DNA of 32,000 nt from Halomicrobium mukohataei DSM 12286 (lineage in GTDB: Archaea; Halobacteriota; Halobacteria; Halobacteriales; Haloarculaceae): positions 60,001 through 92,000 of the forward strand of contig NC_013201.1 in NCBI RefSeq assembly GCF_000023965.1, in the 5' to 3' direction. This document shows, piece after piece, positions 8,261 to 16,347 of the stretch. Made by a program: the position numbers and the translations under genes. The notes below the pieces were generated by a model. That model made no database searches. It saw only the letters and a program-made list of their open reading frames with translations, and was not told where the DNA came from. Positions within the stretch are counted from its first letter, which is position 1. Each line of letters begins with the position of its first letter.

Positions 8261-8900
8261 TTACTGAGAACGAACGGGTGGCGTTGACGTGTCTCCACTG
8301 CCGCCGTCTGTCAGTGTCGCAGCCGCGACCTCGGCGCTCCAAACTTTCGGAAGTGACGGCCGCCAGTGTCTCTCTGAAGAGCCCATTGCAGCAGTCGTCT
8401 CGACGCAGGTTTCGTTGCGCACCCAGTCCCCGCCGTGTGTCACACGGATGCGATGGCAGTTCGTGCAGAACTGCGGGCTCTCTACGGGATCGACGACCTC
8501 GACCACACCGGTGCTCTCAGCGTCCGGAGACTGCACGTGGTTCCGCCGTCGACCGTGCATCTCGGGGTCTTGACGAAGTCGGCGCGGTCCTCCAACCAGC
8601 CGTGGACGCGGTCGATGCCGATCGCCCACTCGGGGGTGGCCGGCGAGTTCGGGCGTGGAATCGACGAGCTGGAGCCGGAGACCGGGCGGGCTGTGACGCG
8701 TTCGAGGCTCACGCCGACCGCGTGGTGACTCTCTGCGGCGGCGAGTCGGATGCTGCGCCGCAGGTCCGCGCCGATGGCGGGATTTCAGATCGACGCGACC
8801 GTACCGCTGCCATCGGATTCCACCGATCAGACGGTCGCGACCGGTCGGTTCAAACGGCGCAGTTCTGCCGACGGTCGGCCTATCGCGCGCACTTCAGGCA
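8261..8900 (-). pseudogene. moaA: moaA-like (cyclic pyranopterin phosphate synthase) remnant, frameshifted and 5'-truncated
   Basis: MoaA-like pieces lie in three different minus-strand frames. The pieces are ...RLQLVDSTPELAGHP, then PEWAIGIDRVHGWLEDRADFVK (track ORF 8482..8712), then PEMHGRRRNHVQ...GVVEVVDPVESPQFCTNCHRIRVTHGGDW (track ORF 8261..8629, with the C-terminal FCxxCxRxRxT cluster motif). There is no room for the radical-SAM N-terminus before the plus-strand gene at 9009. The comparison to MoaA is from memory. Confidence 0.45.
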
Positions 8901-8928
8901 GACCCGATGATGTTCACGCCAACGTATT

Positions 8929-8944
8929 TTTAGTCTCGCCTAAA
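8929..8944. promoter_or_regulatory. TTTAGT-CTCG-CCTAAA, imperfect copy of the TTTAGG-N4-CCTAAA palindrome
   Basis: Read directly from the sequence. It lies 65 nt upstream of the HTH_10 gene start at 9009 and has one mismatch to the palindrome at 10033 and 11676. Confidence 0.3.
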
Positions 8945-9008
8945 ACCTGGCCGTACACAGAACCGGAGCGGTCCTTTCGGACACGCCGGTGAGCACCTCG
9001 ATTCCACC

Positions 9009-9747
9009 ATGCCCTACGCAGAACTCACGATCACGGTTCCGGAGACGGTCTGGATCAGCGAACTGTCCCGTGCGTATCCCGACACGCGGTTTCGCGTGCT
9101 TGCGGCGACGGCCAGCACCGCGAGCGGCGTCGCCAGAATCGAAATTCTCGGCGACGCCTCTGATACGGATTATTGTAGCGATTTACCGGTGATCGTCGCC
9201 ACGGAGTAGACGATCACCGGTAAGCAACTACAATAAACCGTATGAGACGGTCTGTGCGGAGTTCCGGGAGTACGACGCCGTGACCGATCTGACGGTCTTC
9301 GACACCGAGGCCGAGGCGACCCGCGTGCAAGTCGAGACGACGGTCCCGCTGTTGTTGACCTCGCTGCAAGACTCCGGGGTACCGCTGGAGATGCCGTTCG
9401 AGGTCGTGGACGGACGGATGACGCTCGAAGCGACGCTCCCACAGGAGACGCTCTCGGAACTGGGTGAGACGCTCGACAACTTCGGTATCCGGTACACCGT
9501 CGAGCGCATCCAACAGGAGTCCGAATCGGATTCGCTCTTGACCGAACGCCAGGAGTGGGTGCTCGACGAGGCGATCGAACGGGGCTACTACGACACGCCC
9601 CGACGTACCACGCTCGTCGACCTCGCCGACGAGCTGGGCGTCGCGAAGTCGACCTGTAGCGAGATCCTTCACCGCGCCGAAGGACGGGTGCTGAAAGAGT
9701 ATCGGGACGACGAGGCCCCTTCCGAAGTCGTGGTGTCGTCCAGCTGA
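9009..9747 (+). pseudogene. HTH_10 family transcriptional regulator interrupted by a 79-bp palindromic element
   Basis: Track ORFs 9009..9209 (MPYAELTITVPETVWISELSRAYPDTRFRVLAA...ARIEILGDASD...) and 9280..9747 (...LLTERQEWVLDEAIERGYYDTPRRTTLVDLADELGVAKSTCSEILHRAEGRVL) are the N- and C-terminal parts of one HTH_10 protein in different frames. Deleting 9164..9245 (82 nt) joins them in frame as ...ILGDAS-ETVCAEFREYDAVTDLTVF... Confidence 0.75.
9164..9242. mobile_element. 79-bp palindromic MITE-like element, copy 1, flanked by TGA direct repeats
   Basis: The element reads TACGGATTATTGTAGCGATTTACCGGTGATCGTC, then an 11-nt loop, then GACGATCACCGGTAAGCAACTACAATAAACCGTA. TGA is present at 9161-9163 and again at 9243-9245. 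It has the same length and architecture as the copy at 27715..27793 and shares its left arm and loop with the copy at 17577..17655. Confidence 0.7.
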
Positions 9748-9792
9748 CCGCGCTCGGCCGTCGCTGGATCGTCGGGTCTCCGGATATCGACC

Positions 9793-10032
9793 TCACCGAC
9801 AGATGTCGCAGCCGATCGACCAGAGCGCGATCAGCGCGACGACGACCGGGACGTGAGCGACGACCAGCAGCGGGGTCGTCAGCCACCCCAGTTCGAGAGC
9901 CCGACCGACCGCTCGAACCGCCGTGCCAAGCAACGGCAGCGACAGGAGTGCCAGCACCGTGATCCCGACTCGCGTGGGAATCGACCGCCGATCCACCGCC
10001 GTCCTGATGTGTGTGACGTGTTCTCGAATCAT
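9793..10032 (-). CDS. Small membrane protein (about 79 aa, two predicted TM helices)
   Basis: An internal ATG of track ORF 9793..10065 gives MIREHVTHIRTAVDRRSIPTRVGITVLALLSLPLLG...LLVVAHVPVVVALIALW... An in-frame GTG 15 nt further downstream is an alternative start. Confidence 0.5.
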   Translation of the reverse strand: MIREHVTHIRTAVDRRSIPTRVGITVLALLSLPLLGTAVRAVGRALELGWLTTPLLVVAHVPVVVALIALWSIGCDICR

Positions 10033-10048
10033 TTTAGGCCGACCTAAA
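10033..10048. promoter_or_regulatory. Palindrome TTTAGG-CCGA-CCTAAA abutting the start of the 9793..10032 gene
   Basis: Read directly from the sequence. Same architecture as 11676..11691. It may be a symmetric TATA-like promoter element or a candidate operator. Confidence 0.4.
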
Positions 10049-10265
10049 TTATTGCGTCTTCGCATGGCGGCGGATCGAACCTGACTCTTTCCCCGAACTG
10101 GTTCGGACGTGCGATCGACCGAAGTCAGCCGTCAATTGGTCGGAACTGTTCGGGTGAACCCTCAAGAACGCCCTCGACGACGATTCAGACGAATCAGGGA
10201 TCATTATCACTAATCTAACATAACTATTATACTTCAAAATGATCAACTCTATTTAAGTAGGTCTC

Positions 10266-10940
10266 ATGTGGCGGAAATTGAGAACTTGGTTTACAGAATC
10301 AGGCCCCTCTAATGACATTCTAGAGGAACTTCCGTGGGACTTGGAGGATTTAAACTTAGAGATAAGGAAATATGAGACAGAGCTGGGGATAACTGGAAAG
10401 CAGCTCGGCAAATTAGAGGAGGAGTTTGAAGAAATGATCGATGCTGCAGAGTCTGCTTCGGAACCCGGACGGCTTAAAAAATATCGTAAAGCCAGAACAA
10501 TCCTAAGAGAGTTCGAACAGCAGAAGGCGAAATACGTCGAGCTATTTGAAGAATATGTGATGTTGTGCATTGTTAAAAATACGGCTGTATATCTGGATAA
10601 TAATGACTATCGTTCCTTGGCTGATGTGGGCCTCTCTGAATATGATGAATTTAAAGCGGAAATGGCCGAGGAACTACGTGACGATTTAGACGACCACCAG
10701 ACGTTTGAGACACAATTTGAACGAGAGTTAGATGGCGGCGCTATCCCCGATAGGACTGATTCTCAAGATACTATCCTTGATGGAGTTGCTGAATCAATAG
10801 AAGAACTAGACTGGGATACCTATGATCGAACATCGCATGAACAGAGTGAGCCCCAAATTTTCGAGGATGTCGCTGGTATGGTTTTCAGTGAGTCTATATT
10901 AAACGAACTCTCTTTTTGCTCTTCGGAAGCGGATTGTTGA
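10266..10940 (+). CDS. ESCRT-III/Snf7-like coiled-coil protein encoded in a low-GC islet (224 aa)
   Basis: ORF track. MWRKLRTWFTESG... N-terminus, a helical segment (...AAESASEPGRLKKYRKARTILREFEQQKAKYVELFEEY...), and an acidic C-terminal half. Third codon positions are A/T-rich, unlike all neighbouring genes. My hand count for the first 60 nt is 26 G+C. Confidence 0.6.
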   Translation: MWRKLRTWFTESGPSNDILEELPWDLEDLNLEIRKYETELGITGKQLGKLEEEFEEMIDAAESASEPGRLKKYRKARTILREFEQQKAKYVELFEEYVMLCIVKNTAVYLDNNDYRSLADVGLSEYDEFKAEMAEELRDDLDDHQTFETQFERELDGGAIPDRTDSQDTILDGVAESIEELDWDTYDRTSHEQSEPQIFEDVAGMVFSESILNELSFCSSEADC

Positions 10941-11072
10941 TCGGGATCGCTACTAATCGAGATCAGTCGAGATCGCCGAGATGGAGGCGGACCACGCGGA
11001 AACTGCGGACCGGCTCGATCGGCTCGCGCTTTGGGGCCGTCGGTCGACCACTACTGTGGCTCGCCGACGCTC

Positions 11073-11537
11073 TCAGGCCACACACTGTCCTGGGTCGCCG
11101 TCCGAATCCGGGCAGAGCCCGAGACAGGCCGAATCGGCGAGCGCACGCAGGCGGAAGACGCCGGTCTCTGGCAGCGCGAACCCGATGTCGAACGCCGTCT
11201 CCTCGTCGAGTGTCACGTCCAGTACCGAATCGAAGAAGGTCGCGACGACGCAGAGTCGCCAGCCGGCCTGCGTCGCGACCTGCTCTCCCCGCTCTGTCAG
11301 CGCCACGCCCTGATACTTCTCGTGTTCGACCAGCCCTCGATCGTCGAGCTTCGCCACCATCTCCGTGACGCTCGCGGCGGTCACGCCCATGTACTTCCGC
11401 AGGTCGCCGGTCGAAACCCGATCGGTCCGTGACTCGGCGAGGACGGAGATCGCGAAGAGGTAGCGTGCCCCACTCCGCTCGGTCTCCGACAGCGACGGCC
11501 CGAACGACGGGGGCTCCATCTGGGACTCCGAAGACAT
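11073..11537 (-). CDS. DtxR/MntR/SirR-family metal-dependent transcriptional regulator
   Basis: An internal ATG of track ORF 11073..11624 gives MSSESQMEPP...ARYLFAISVLAESRTDRVSTGDLRKYMGVTAASVTEMVAKLDDRGLVEHEKYQGVALTERGEQVA... This is a winged HTH followed by the dimerisation/metal-binding helix typical of DtxR-family proteins. Confidence 0.85.
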   Translation of the reverse strand: MSSESQMEPPSFGPSLSETERSGARYLFAISVLAESRTDRVSTGDLRKYMGVTAASVTEMVAKLDDRGLVEHEKYQGVALTERGEQVATQAGWRLCVVATFFDSVLDVTLDEETAFDIGFALPETGVFRLRALADSACLGLCPDSDGDPGQCVA

Positions 11538-11675
11538 ACCGTACGATTCCCCGGACACGTGTGAAAGCGTGGTGCCGAACCGATTCGTACCGTCTCGGAT
11601 ACTCCGCCGGCCGAACGACGCCACTCGCCGGACGTGCGTTCGGTCGAGCCGAACATCTCCCGACGCACCGTTTAG

Positions 11676-11691
11676 TTTAGGCGGTCCTAAA
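11676..11691. promoter_or_regulatory. Palindrome TTTAGG-CGGT-CCTAAA in the divergent regulator/CopD-like intergenic region
   Basis: Read directly from the sequence. Its last base is the A of the ATG at 11691. It is preceded by another TTTAG. Confidence 0.4.
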
Positions 11692-12563
11692 TGGGTGGTA
11701 TGGAGACGAGCGAAAACGAGCGCGACGGGCCGACGGTCCTGGGCAGGGCCGTTCCGATGCGGGCCCTCCGACCACGGCTCGTCCTCGGCTTGCTACTCGG
11801 CGGTTCCTTCGCTGGCGTCTGGCTCACGCACGCGGGCGATCCTCTCCGGGTTCGGACACTGTTCTGGCTGCTCGTCGTCACTGCGGGGTTGCTCGGCGGC
11901 GGTCTCTACTGGCGACTCGTCATCTTCGACCAGAGCAGATTCGAGGCGTCCGGCGATCGTCGGTACGTTCGCCGTCGGTGGCGACGGCTGGAGACGGTCG
12001 CAGTCGTGGGCTCTGCGCTCGCTGGCACCACTGCAGTCGTCACCGCGACGGCTGGCCCGTCGTTTGGAACTCGGCTACTCGGTACCGGTCTCGTCGCCGG
12101 ACTCCTGCCGTGGTTCGGCGTCCGATACGTCGGAGCGGACTCGGCTCTGACGAGGACACTTCGATCGGTGCTTCTGGGGACCGTTCTCGTCTCTCTCGGT
12201 AGCTTCGCCTGGATAGAGACGAACACGACGGTTCTGGACTGGGCGATCAGGGCGGGACACCTCGGGGCCTTCTCCCTCTGGATCGGTGGAGCCGGCTGGC
12301 ACAACTTCGTCGTCCTCCCGACGGTGCGATCCCGTCCCGACGCCGGTGACGCGCTGCGGTCACAGGCGCGAGCGTTCCGCCGCCACCTGCCGGCCGTGAT
12401 CGCGCTGGTGTTCCTGACCGGACTCTATCAGACCGACCGCCTCCTCGGGCTCGCACCGTCGGCGGTACTGGGTTCGCGCCTCGGCCACCTCGTGGGCTTC
12501 AAGCTCCTCGTTCTGACGACCCTGACCGCGATGGTCGCGGCGACGTACAGACGGACGGAGTGA
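11691..12563 (+). CDS. CopD-like polytopic membrane protein
   Basis: 290 aa with multiple TM helices. The motif AGHLGAFSLWIGGAGWHNF resembles the conserved H-x-W-x-GG helix of CopD-family proteins. The start could instead be the ATG at 11700. Confidence 0.6.
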   Translation: MGGMETSENERDGPTVLGRAVPMRALRPRLVLGLLLGGSFAGVWLTHAGDPLRVRTLFWLLVVTAGLLGGGLYWRLVIFDQSRFEASGDRRYVRRRWRRLETVAVVGSALAGTTAVVTATAGPSFGTRLLGTGLVAGLLPWFGVRYVGADSALTRTLRSVLLGTVLVSLGSFAWIETNTTVLDWAIRAGHLGAFSLWIGGAGWHNFVVLPTVRSRPDAGDALRSQARAFRRHLPAVIALVFLTGLYQTDRLLGLAPSAVLGSRLGHLVGFKLLVLTTLTAMVAATYRRTE

Positions 12564-12614
12564 GGCCTCTCACGCCTCTCTCCTCACGTGGGGACTGTGG
12601 CCGATACCGCGGCT

Positions 12615-13496
12615 TCACTCGCCGGTTTCGAGGACGATCTGCCCGGTCGCGAGCTGCGTCAGCTCGGGCGTCGCGTCGGCGTGTGGATCGAACGCGGTGT
12701 AGGCAAACGCCTGCCAGAGGGCGCGTTCGGGGTACGGTCGCCGTGATAGGTCGACGCCGAGCGCCGCCGCGAGCGCCAGATCGTCGAGTTCGCCGGTCGT
12801 CGTGGGGACCGAGAGCGGATTCGGGAGCGCTTCGAGGTCCAGACCGAAAGCCGGGAACAGTCGGTACGTCGCTCCCGGTGCGGGGTGGTGGAGTTCGCGC
12901 CGGCCGGGGAAGCGGACGACGAGCTCCGGAGCGATCGTCTTCGGGCGACCGTCCGTGCCGACGGGCTCGACGCGCTGCTCGCCGAGGCGTATTCGACGCC
13001 GTTGCCCCGGCGAGAGATCGTGCCGGGTCCCGTCGACCATCAGTTCGACCGCCGACTCGACGTGTCGCTCGATCGAGACGGCCGGCGGTACGTAGGCTCC
13101 GACGTGGCTCGTCGTCACGTCCCCGCCGATGGTGCCATCGACGACGACCGTCGTCCCGCTCGCACCTTCCGTGACGAGCGGTGGCCCCTCCGCTGGCAAC
13201 GAGTCGAACCCGACGAGTTCGTGCGTGGTCCCACAGGCCAGTTCCCAGTCTCGCGGCTCCGCAGTCGAGGACGCTACCGCGGGTCGCCAGTAGAAGACGC
13301 GCGACGTTCCGTCGAGTTCGTACGGCACCGCGTCCGGAAAGAACCGGTCACCGGTTTCGGTCGGTTCGAGCCCGGGATGTTCGAGTTTCAGTTCCAGATA
13401 CGGGTGCTCCTGGACGACGGGGGGCGACACCCCGTCTGGCGGGACCTGCCGCCACTCGACGGGGACTGCGTCGTCGACCGTGTTTGCTTCGTCCAT
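12615..13496 (-). CDS. Hypothetical acidic protein (293 aa)
   Basis: An internal ATG of track ORF 12615..13646 gives MDEANTVDDAVPVEWRQVPPDG... The upstream extension is R/S-rich and unlike a halophilic protein. I recognise no family. Confidence 0.55.
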   Translation of the reverse strand: MDEANTVDDAVPVEWRQVPPDGVSPPVVQEHPYLELKLEHPGLEPTETGDRFFPDAVPYELDGTSRVFYWRPAVASSTAEPRDWELACGTTHELVGFDSLPAEGPPLVTEGASGTTVVVDGTIGGDVTTSHVGAYVPPAVSIERHVESAVELMVDGTRHDLSPGQRRRIRLGEQRVEPVGTDGRPKTIAPELVVRFPGRRELHHPAPGATYRLFPAFGLDLEALPNPLSVPTTTGELDDLALAAALGVDLSRRPYPERALWQAFAYTAFDPHADATPELTQLATGQIVLETGE

Positions 13497-13801
13497 TGGT
13501 GGGGTGTTACGGGCCGGCAGACTCGTGTTCCGTGGTCTACACACGCGACTGCCCTCGTCGGTGTCGTGACCGCGTGACGGACTCGCCACGCGGTACCGAC
13601 TTTCGTCCGAGCGGCCGACGGCGTCGAACTCCCGACCGACGGACACCGTCTCCGTGTCGACGAGCTTCGAGCGAGACGGTCGAGTGTGTTCGGCCGAATA
13701 TCTCCGCCCGCGGGTCGCTCTCGACTGTCGGGTCCTCGATCACGGTCCCGAAAGGATTCGCCACGGAGGTAATGGGATCGGGGCGAAAACGGACCGTAGA
13801 C

Positions 13802-14866
13802 ATGGCAACGGAACTCGACCTGCGAGAGCACCCGGAAGACGAGCACCGCCGGACGCTGTTCGACACGCTGTCGGAGATAGAGACCGGGGACACCGTCGAG
13901 GTCGTGGCGAATCGGGACCTCGATCTCCACCTGGTCCGCTACCAGATCGAACGCGATCGGGAGATCGAGTGGACGTACGCGGATCCCGACGCGGAGCCCC
14001 GGGAACTCACAGTGACCAAGCGCGATCCGCTGGAGGCCGACCTGGGAACGATCGACGTTCGCGACCTGAAGCCCCAGCGCCGTCACGAGGCGCTGCTCGC
14101 GATCTTCGACGAACTGGGGGCCGACGAGGGGTTCGTCCTGCACAACGACCACGACCCCAAACCGCTGTATCACGAGCTCAGGTCGATGCACGGCGACGTG
14201 GTCGACTGGGAGTACAGAAGCCGCGGCGACGACGGCTGGCGCGTCGAGGTCGTCAAGACCGGCGAGTCCGACGCCGACGACGAGGGCGTCGTCACCCGCT
14301 ACGACGTTCGCGACATCCCCAAAGAAGAGCGCCATCCGACGATCCACCATCGCTACGGGATGATCCCCGAGGGCGGGACGATGGAACTGATCGCTCCCCA
14401 CGAGCCGCGACCGCTCCGCGGCGAGTTCCGGGAACGGTACGGAAACGCCTTCTCCTGGGAGGTCGTCGAGAGCGAGCCCGGTCGCTGTCGCGTCCAAATC
14501 ACGAAAGAGGCCGGCGGCGACGCCGACGGTTCCGGGGACACGAACGAGGCGGAGGCCGACGACGAGGCGGTCGAGATCCTCGAAGAGCTGGACGTGCGCG
14601 ATCTGCCGCCGGCCCAGCGCCACGAGCGTATCTTCGCCGCGTACGACGACCTGACGGAGGGAACGGGGTTCGTGCTGGTCAACGACCACGACCCCAAACC
14701 GCTGTACCACCAGTTCGAGGCCGAGACGGGGCCGGAGTTCCGCTGGGAGTACCGACAGAAAGAGCCCGGGGAATTCAGAGTGCTGATCGGGAAGACGAGA
14801 GTGGCCGGCAGCGAACCGTCCAGCGGGAAAGAAGCGGCCGGCGACGCGTCGAACGCGCCGTTCTGA
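13802..14866 (+). CDS. Protein with four tandem DUF2249 domains
   Basis: The ATG at 13802 lies inside track ORF 13181..14866. Four ~75-aa repeats carry the DVR(D/E)-LPP...(H/V)NDHDPKPLYH...W(E/R)Y pattern, for example IDVRDLKPQRRHEALLAIFDELGADEGFVLHNDHDPKPLYHEL and LDVRDLPPAQRHERIFAAYDDLTEGTGFVLVNDHDPKPLYHQF. Confidence 0.85.
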   Translation: MATELDLREHPEDEHRRTLFDTLSEIETGDTVEVVANRDLDLHLVRYQIERDREIEWTYADPDAEPRELTVTKRDPLEADLGTIDVRDLKPQRRHEALLAIFDELGADEGFVLHNDHDPKPLYHELRSMHGDVVDWEYRSRGDDGWRVEVVKTGESDADDEGVVTRYDVRDIPKEERHPTIHHRYGMIPEGGTMELIAPHEPRPLRGEFRERYGNAFSWEVVESEPGRCRVQITKEAGGDADGSGDTNEAEADDEAVEILEELDVRDLPPAQRHERIFAAYDDLTEGTGFVLVNDHDPKPLYHQFEAETGPEFRWEYRQKEPGEFRVLIGKTRVAGSEPSSGKEAAGDASNAPF

Positions 14867-15126
14867 CGGTCGCCGACGTGCTCGTCGAGGCGGAACCGAT
14901 CCCGACACGGAGACGGTCGCCGTCACGTTCTCCTCCCAGAGCGAGTCGACTCGCCGGGCGCATCCCACGATCGGATGCAACTCACCGATGTGTCTCTCCC
15001 CGAGAACCGATACAGATGACTCGCGGTCTGTCCGGCGGCCGAGGGGCGTTACACCTGCGTATCGTAGCCGGCAACACGAACGTAATCGGGAGAATATATA
15101 CCACTCGGCCGTGCTTACCCTCCCTC

Positions 15127-15360
15127 ATGAGTCTCGAACCGGCCGAGGCGGATCGTCGGCTCGATGTCCGGGAGATCGACGGCGAACCGTTCGGCGACAT
15201 CATGGCTGCCGTACAGGAACTGGAGGACGACGAGTCGCTGCTCTTGATCAACAGTTTCGAGCCCGAACCGCTGTACGACGTGCTCGAACAGCGCGGGTTC
15301 ACCTACGAGGCGGCCAACCCGGAACCCGATCTCTGGCACGTCGAAGTCGAACACGCCTGA
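15127..15360 (+). CDS. Single-domain DUF2249 protein (77 aa)
   Basis: ATG at 15127, 26 nt downstream of an ATATATA box (15094-15100). The sequence is MSLEPAEADRRLDVREIDGEPFGDIMAAVQELEDDESLLLINSFEPEPLYDVLEQRGFTYEAANPEPDLWHVEVEHA. Confidence 0.85.
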   Translation: MSLEPAEADRRLDVREIDGEPFGDIMAAVQELEDDESLLLINSFEPEPLYDVLEQRGFTYEAANPEPDLWHVEVEHA

Positions 15361-15511
15361 GCCGTCGATCCGTCCGGGAGTGACCTTCTTCGGGGTTCCC
15401 GGACACGACGGTACGCACCTATACGATGTGGAGTCCGTCCCCCCGGTCGACGAGCGCGTCCACGTCGGGCTGGTGATCGTCGCCAGTGGTCTCGAAATCA
15501 ACCGGGCGCGC

Positions 15512-15796
15512 TCACTCTCGACGTATCTCCAGGTAGGTGGTGTACTCCTTGCGGAGGAGGCGTCCGCGCTCGCTCTCGATGGCGAGCAGTTCGTGTGGCG
15601 TCTGCGCCGCGAGCTGTGGATACTCTCGTTTGGCTCGTCTGTCGGTGCTCCGGATGACCAGTACGGCACCGTCCGGCAAGTCTTCGAGCGCCCGCTGTAC
15701 CCGAGCGATCCCGCTCGCACAGCCACGACCTCGGTTGTCGACGGTCATCTCCGGCTCGACATCCGGCGCGGTGTCGGGGATCGTCGGTTCAGACAT
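15512..15796 (-). CDS. TusA/SirA-like small sulfur-carrier-fold protein
   Basis: 94 aa. VDNRGRGCASGIARVQRALEDLPDGAVLVIRSTD resembles the TusA active-site region, but it reads CASG instead of the canonical CPxP. It overlaps the upstream gene by 8 nt. Confidence 0.65.
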   Translation of the reverse strand: MSEPTIPDTAPDVEPEMTVDNRGRGCASGIARVQRALEDLPDGAVLVIRSTDRRAKREYPQLAAQTPHELLAIESERGRLLRKEYTTYLEIRRE

Positions 15797-16250
15797 CGCT
15801 CGTCACCTCCGTGTGCGGTTCGTCGTCCGTCGGTTCGTTCTCTCCGGGGTCGCTCTCGCCGAGGCCGTCGAGTTCACACACGCCTTCTATCGGCGAACAG
15901 GCCCGCCACATGGGGCAGAGCTTGAACATAACGACCAGCAGACCGATACACCCCACCTTCGCGAGGACGGCCACGCCGACGCCGCTCCCGAGATAGGACG
16001 TGACGGCGGTTCCCAGACTGTCTACGGCCTGGAAGAGGCCAGTCACGAGCAGCGTCGGGACGATGAACCGAACCGCCCACCGAAACCGTTCGAGCTGTTG
16101 GCCCGCCGCCCGGACGACGCCGATCGTCGGCCGCTTCTGTCCGGTCGGAACGGCGACGAAGATGTTCCACACCGCGCCGCCGACCCACACCGCAAACGCC
16201 GTGAGGTGAAGTATCCGAACGCCCGCGGCGACCGGGTCGAGACCGCGCAT
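15789..16250 (-). CDS. Small CopD-like membrane protein (153 aa) with Cys-rich acidic C-terminus
   Basis: An internal ATG of track ORF 15789..16544 gives MRGLDPVAAGVRILHLTAFAVWVGGAVWNIF... (an H-x-W-x-GG helix, as in the 11691 gene), followed by ...CPMWRACSPIEGVCELDG... Confidence 0.6.
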   Translation of the reverse strand: MRGLDPVAAGVRILHLTAFAVWVGGAVWNIFVAVPTGQKRPTIGVVRAAGQQLERFRWAVRFIVPTLLVTGLFQAVDSLGTAVTSYLGSGVGVAVLAKVGCIGLLVVMFKLCPMWRACSPIEGVCELDGLGESDPGENEPTDDEPHTEVTSDV

Positions 16251-16347
16251 CGCGACGTCTGCGGTGGCCGTAGCGAGACGCCCCCGTGTAACGTCCCGGC
16301 CCCCGAACAACCCCCCAGTCCGCCGTCCGGATCGAACGCGACCGCCG

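Noticed and set aside
10072-10081. GGATCGAACC, which looks like the complement of a tRNA T-arm (GGTTCGATCC). It raised the possibility of a tRNA or tRNA-fragment att site next to the low-GC islet.
   Set aside because: The flanking bases do not form a T-stem or acceptor stem on either strand, and no cloverleaf could be drawn.
10049-10246. A 65-aa minus-strand ORF between the small membrane-protein gene and the low-GC ORF.
   Set aside because: It has a basic/Ser-rich composition, no promoter-like context and no motifs. It is probably non-coding.
12560-12573. Small hairpin GTGAG-gcct-CTCAC overlapping the stop codon of the CopD-like gene, considered as a possible terminator.
   Set aside because: The stem is only 5 bp, there is no following T-tract, and such hairpins are expected by chance.
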